DNA of 64,000 bases from Camelus ferus. Lineage: Eukaryota. The translations under genes were made by a program, and so were the position numbers. The stretch is from assembly GCF_009834535.1 (NCBI RefSeq), contig NC_045697.1, positions 77,874,001 to 77,938,000 of the forward strand, given 5' to 3'. Below, piece by piece: positions 63,801 through 64,000 of this stretch. Position 1 is the first letter of the stretch; each line of letters begins with the position of its first letter. The notes beneath the pieces were generated by a model. That model did not search any database and was not told the DNA's origin. It worked only from the letters and a program-made list of their open reading frames with translations.

Positions 63801-64000
63801 TTGTATCCAAATGTTGATAGCAGCATTATGCATAATAGTCAAAAATGAAATAAACCAATTTATGAATGGATTTTATAATGTGGTATATACCTGTAATGGA
63901 ATATTACGGAAAAGGAATGAAGTTCTGATATATGATAAAACATAGATGAATCTTGAAAATCATTAACTGTATACTTTAAATGGGTAAGTGTTATGGTATG
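60830..64000 (+). mobile_element. Decayed L1 (L1MB-like): ORF2 from the late endonuclease region through RT to the 3'UTR, with deletions
   Basis: Typical ORF2 segments (gcagaagaagcatttgacaaaatccagcac; gagttcagcaaggttgcaggatacaaggtcaatatacaaaa; tatgacccagcaattttactcttaggtatata); many stops and frameshifts; (CA)n at about 62440-62476. Confidence 0.9.

Noticed and set aside
1..64000. CRISPR arrays, tRNA/rRNA/snoRNA genes, intact retroelement ORFs or a foreign/prokaryotic insert
   Set aside because: None seen by eye; the content fits a mammalian gene plus ancient repeats. Small ncRNAs cannot be excluded without an Infernal/Rfam scan.

Overview
AT-rich mammalian genomic DNA. It carries the 3' two-thirds of ENPEP (glutamyl aminopeptidase / aminopeptidase A, M1 zinc metallopeptidase) on the + strand. 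There are 17 GT-AG coding exons (exons 4-20 by human numbering, recalled) from 3775 to the TGA at 52949-52951. They splice into one uninterrupted 1947-nt frame (648 aa plus stop) with GAMEN, HELVH-X18-E and SYSKG intact. Exons 1-3 and the promoter lie upstream of the window. Introns and the 3' flank are filled with old eutherian repeats (L1MC/MB/ME-like, HAL1, L2, MIR, MLT1, LTR16, LTR33, MER20, MER58, MER5A, MER63) plus one younger 5'-truncated L1 with a clear TSD. The 3' UTR of that L1 and the absence of recognisable young SINEs suggest a cetartiodactyl, probably camelid, genome (inference). Repeat family names are from recall of consensus sequences and their boundaries are approximate. I found no convincing novel gene system. 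The best second-look items are a very weak exon-15 donor, strong CTCF motifs in a divergent arrangement near the PITX2 locus, a 93-bp duplication bracketing the zinc-ligand exon, a CFTR-like (TG)6T8 acceptor, a frameshifted C-terminus, and an orphan internal L1 fragment apparently copied from the neighbouring L1.
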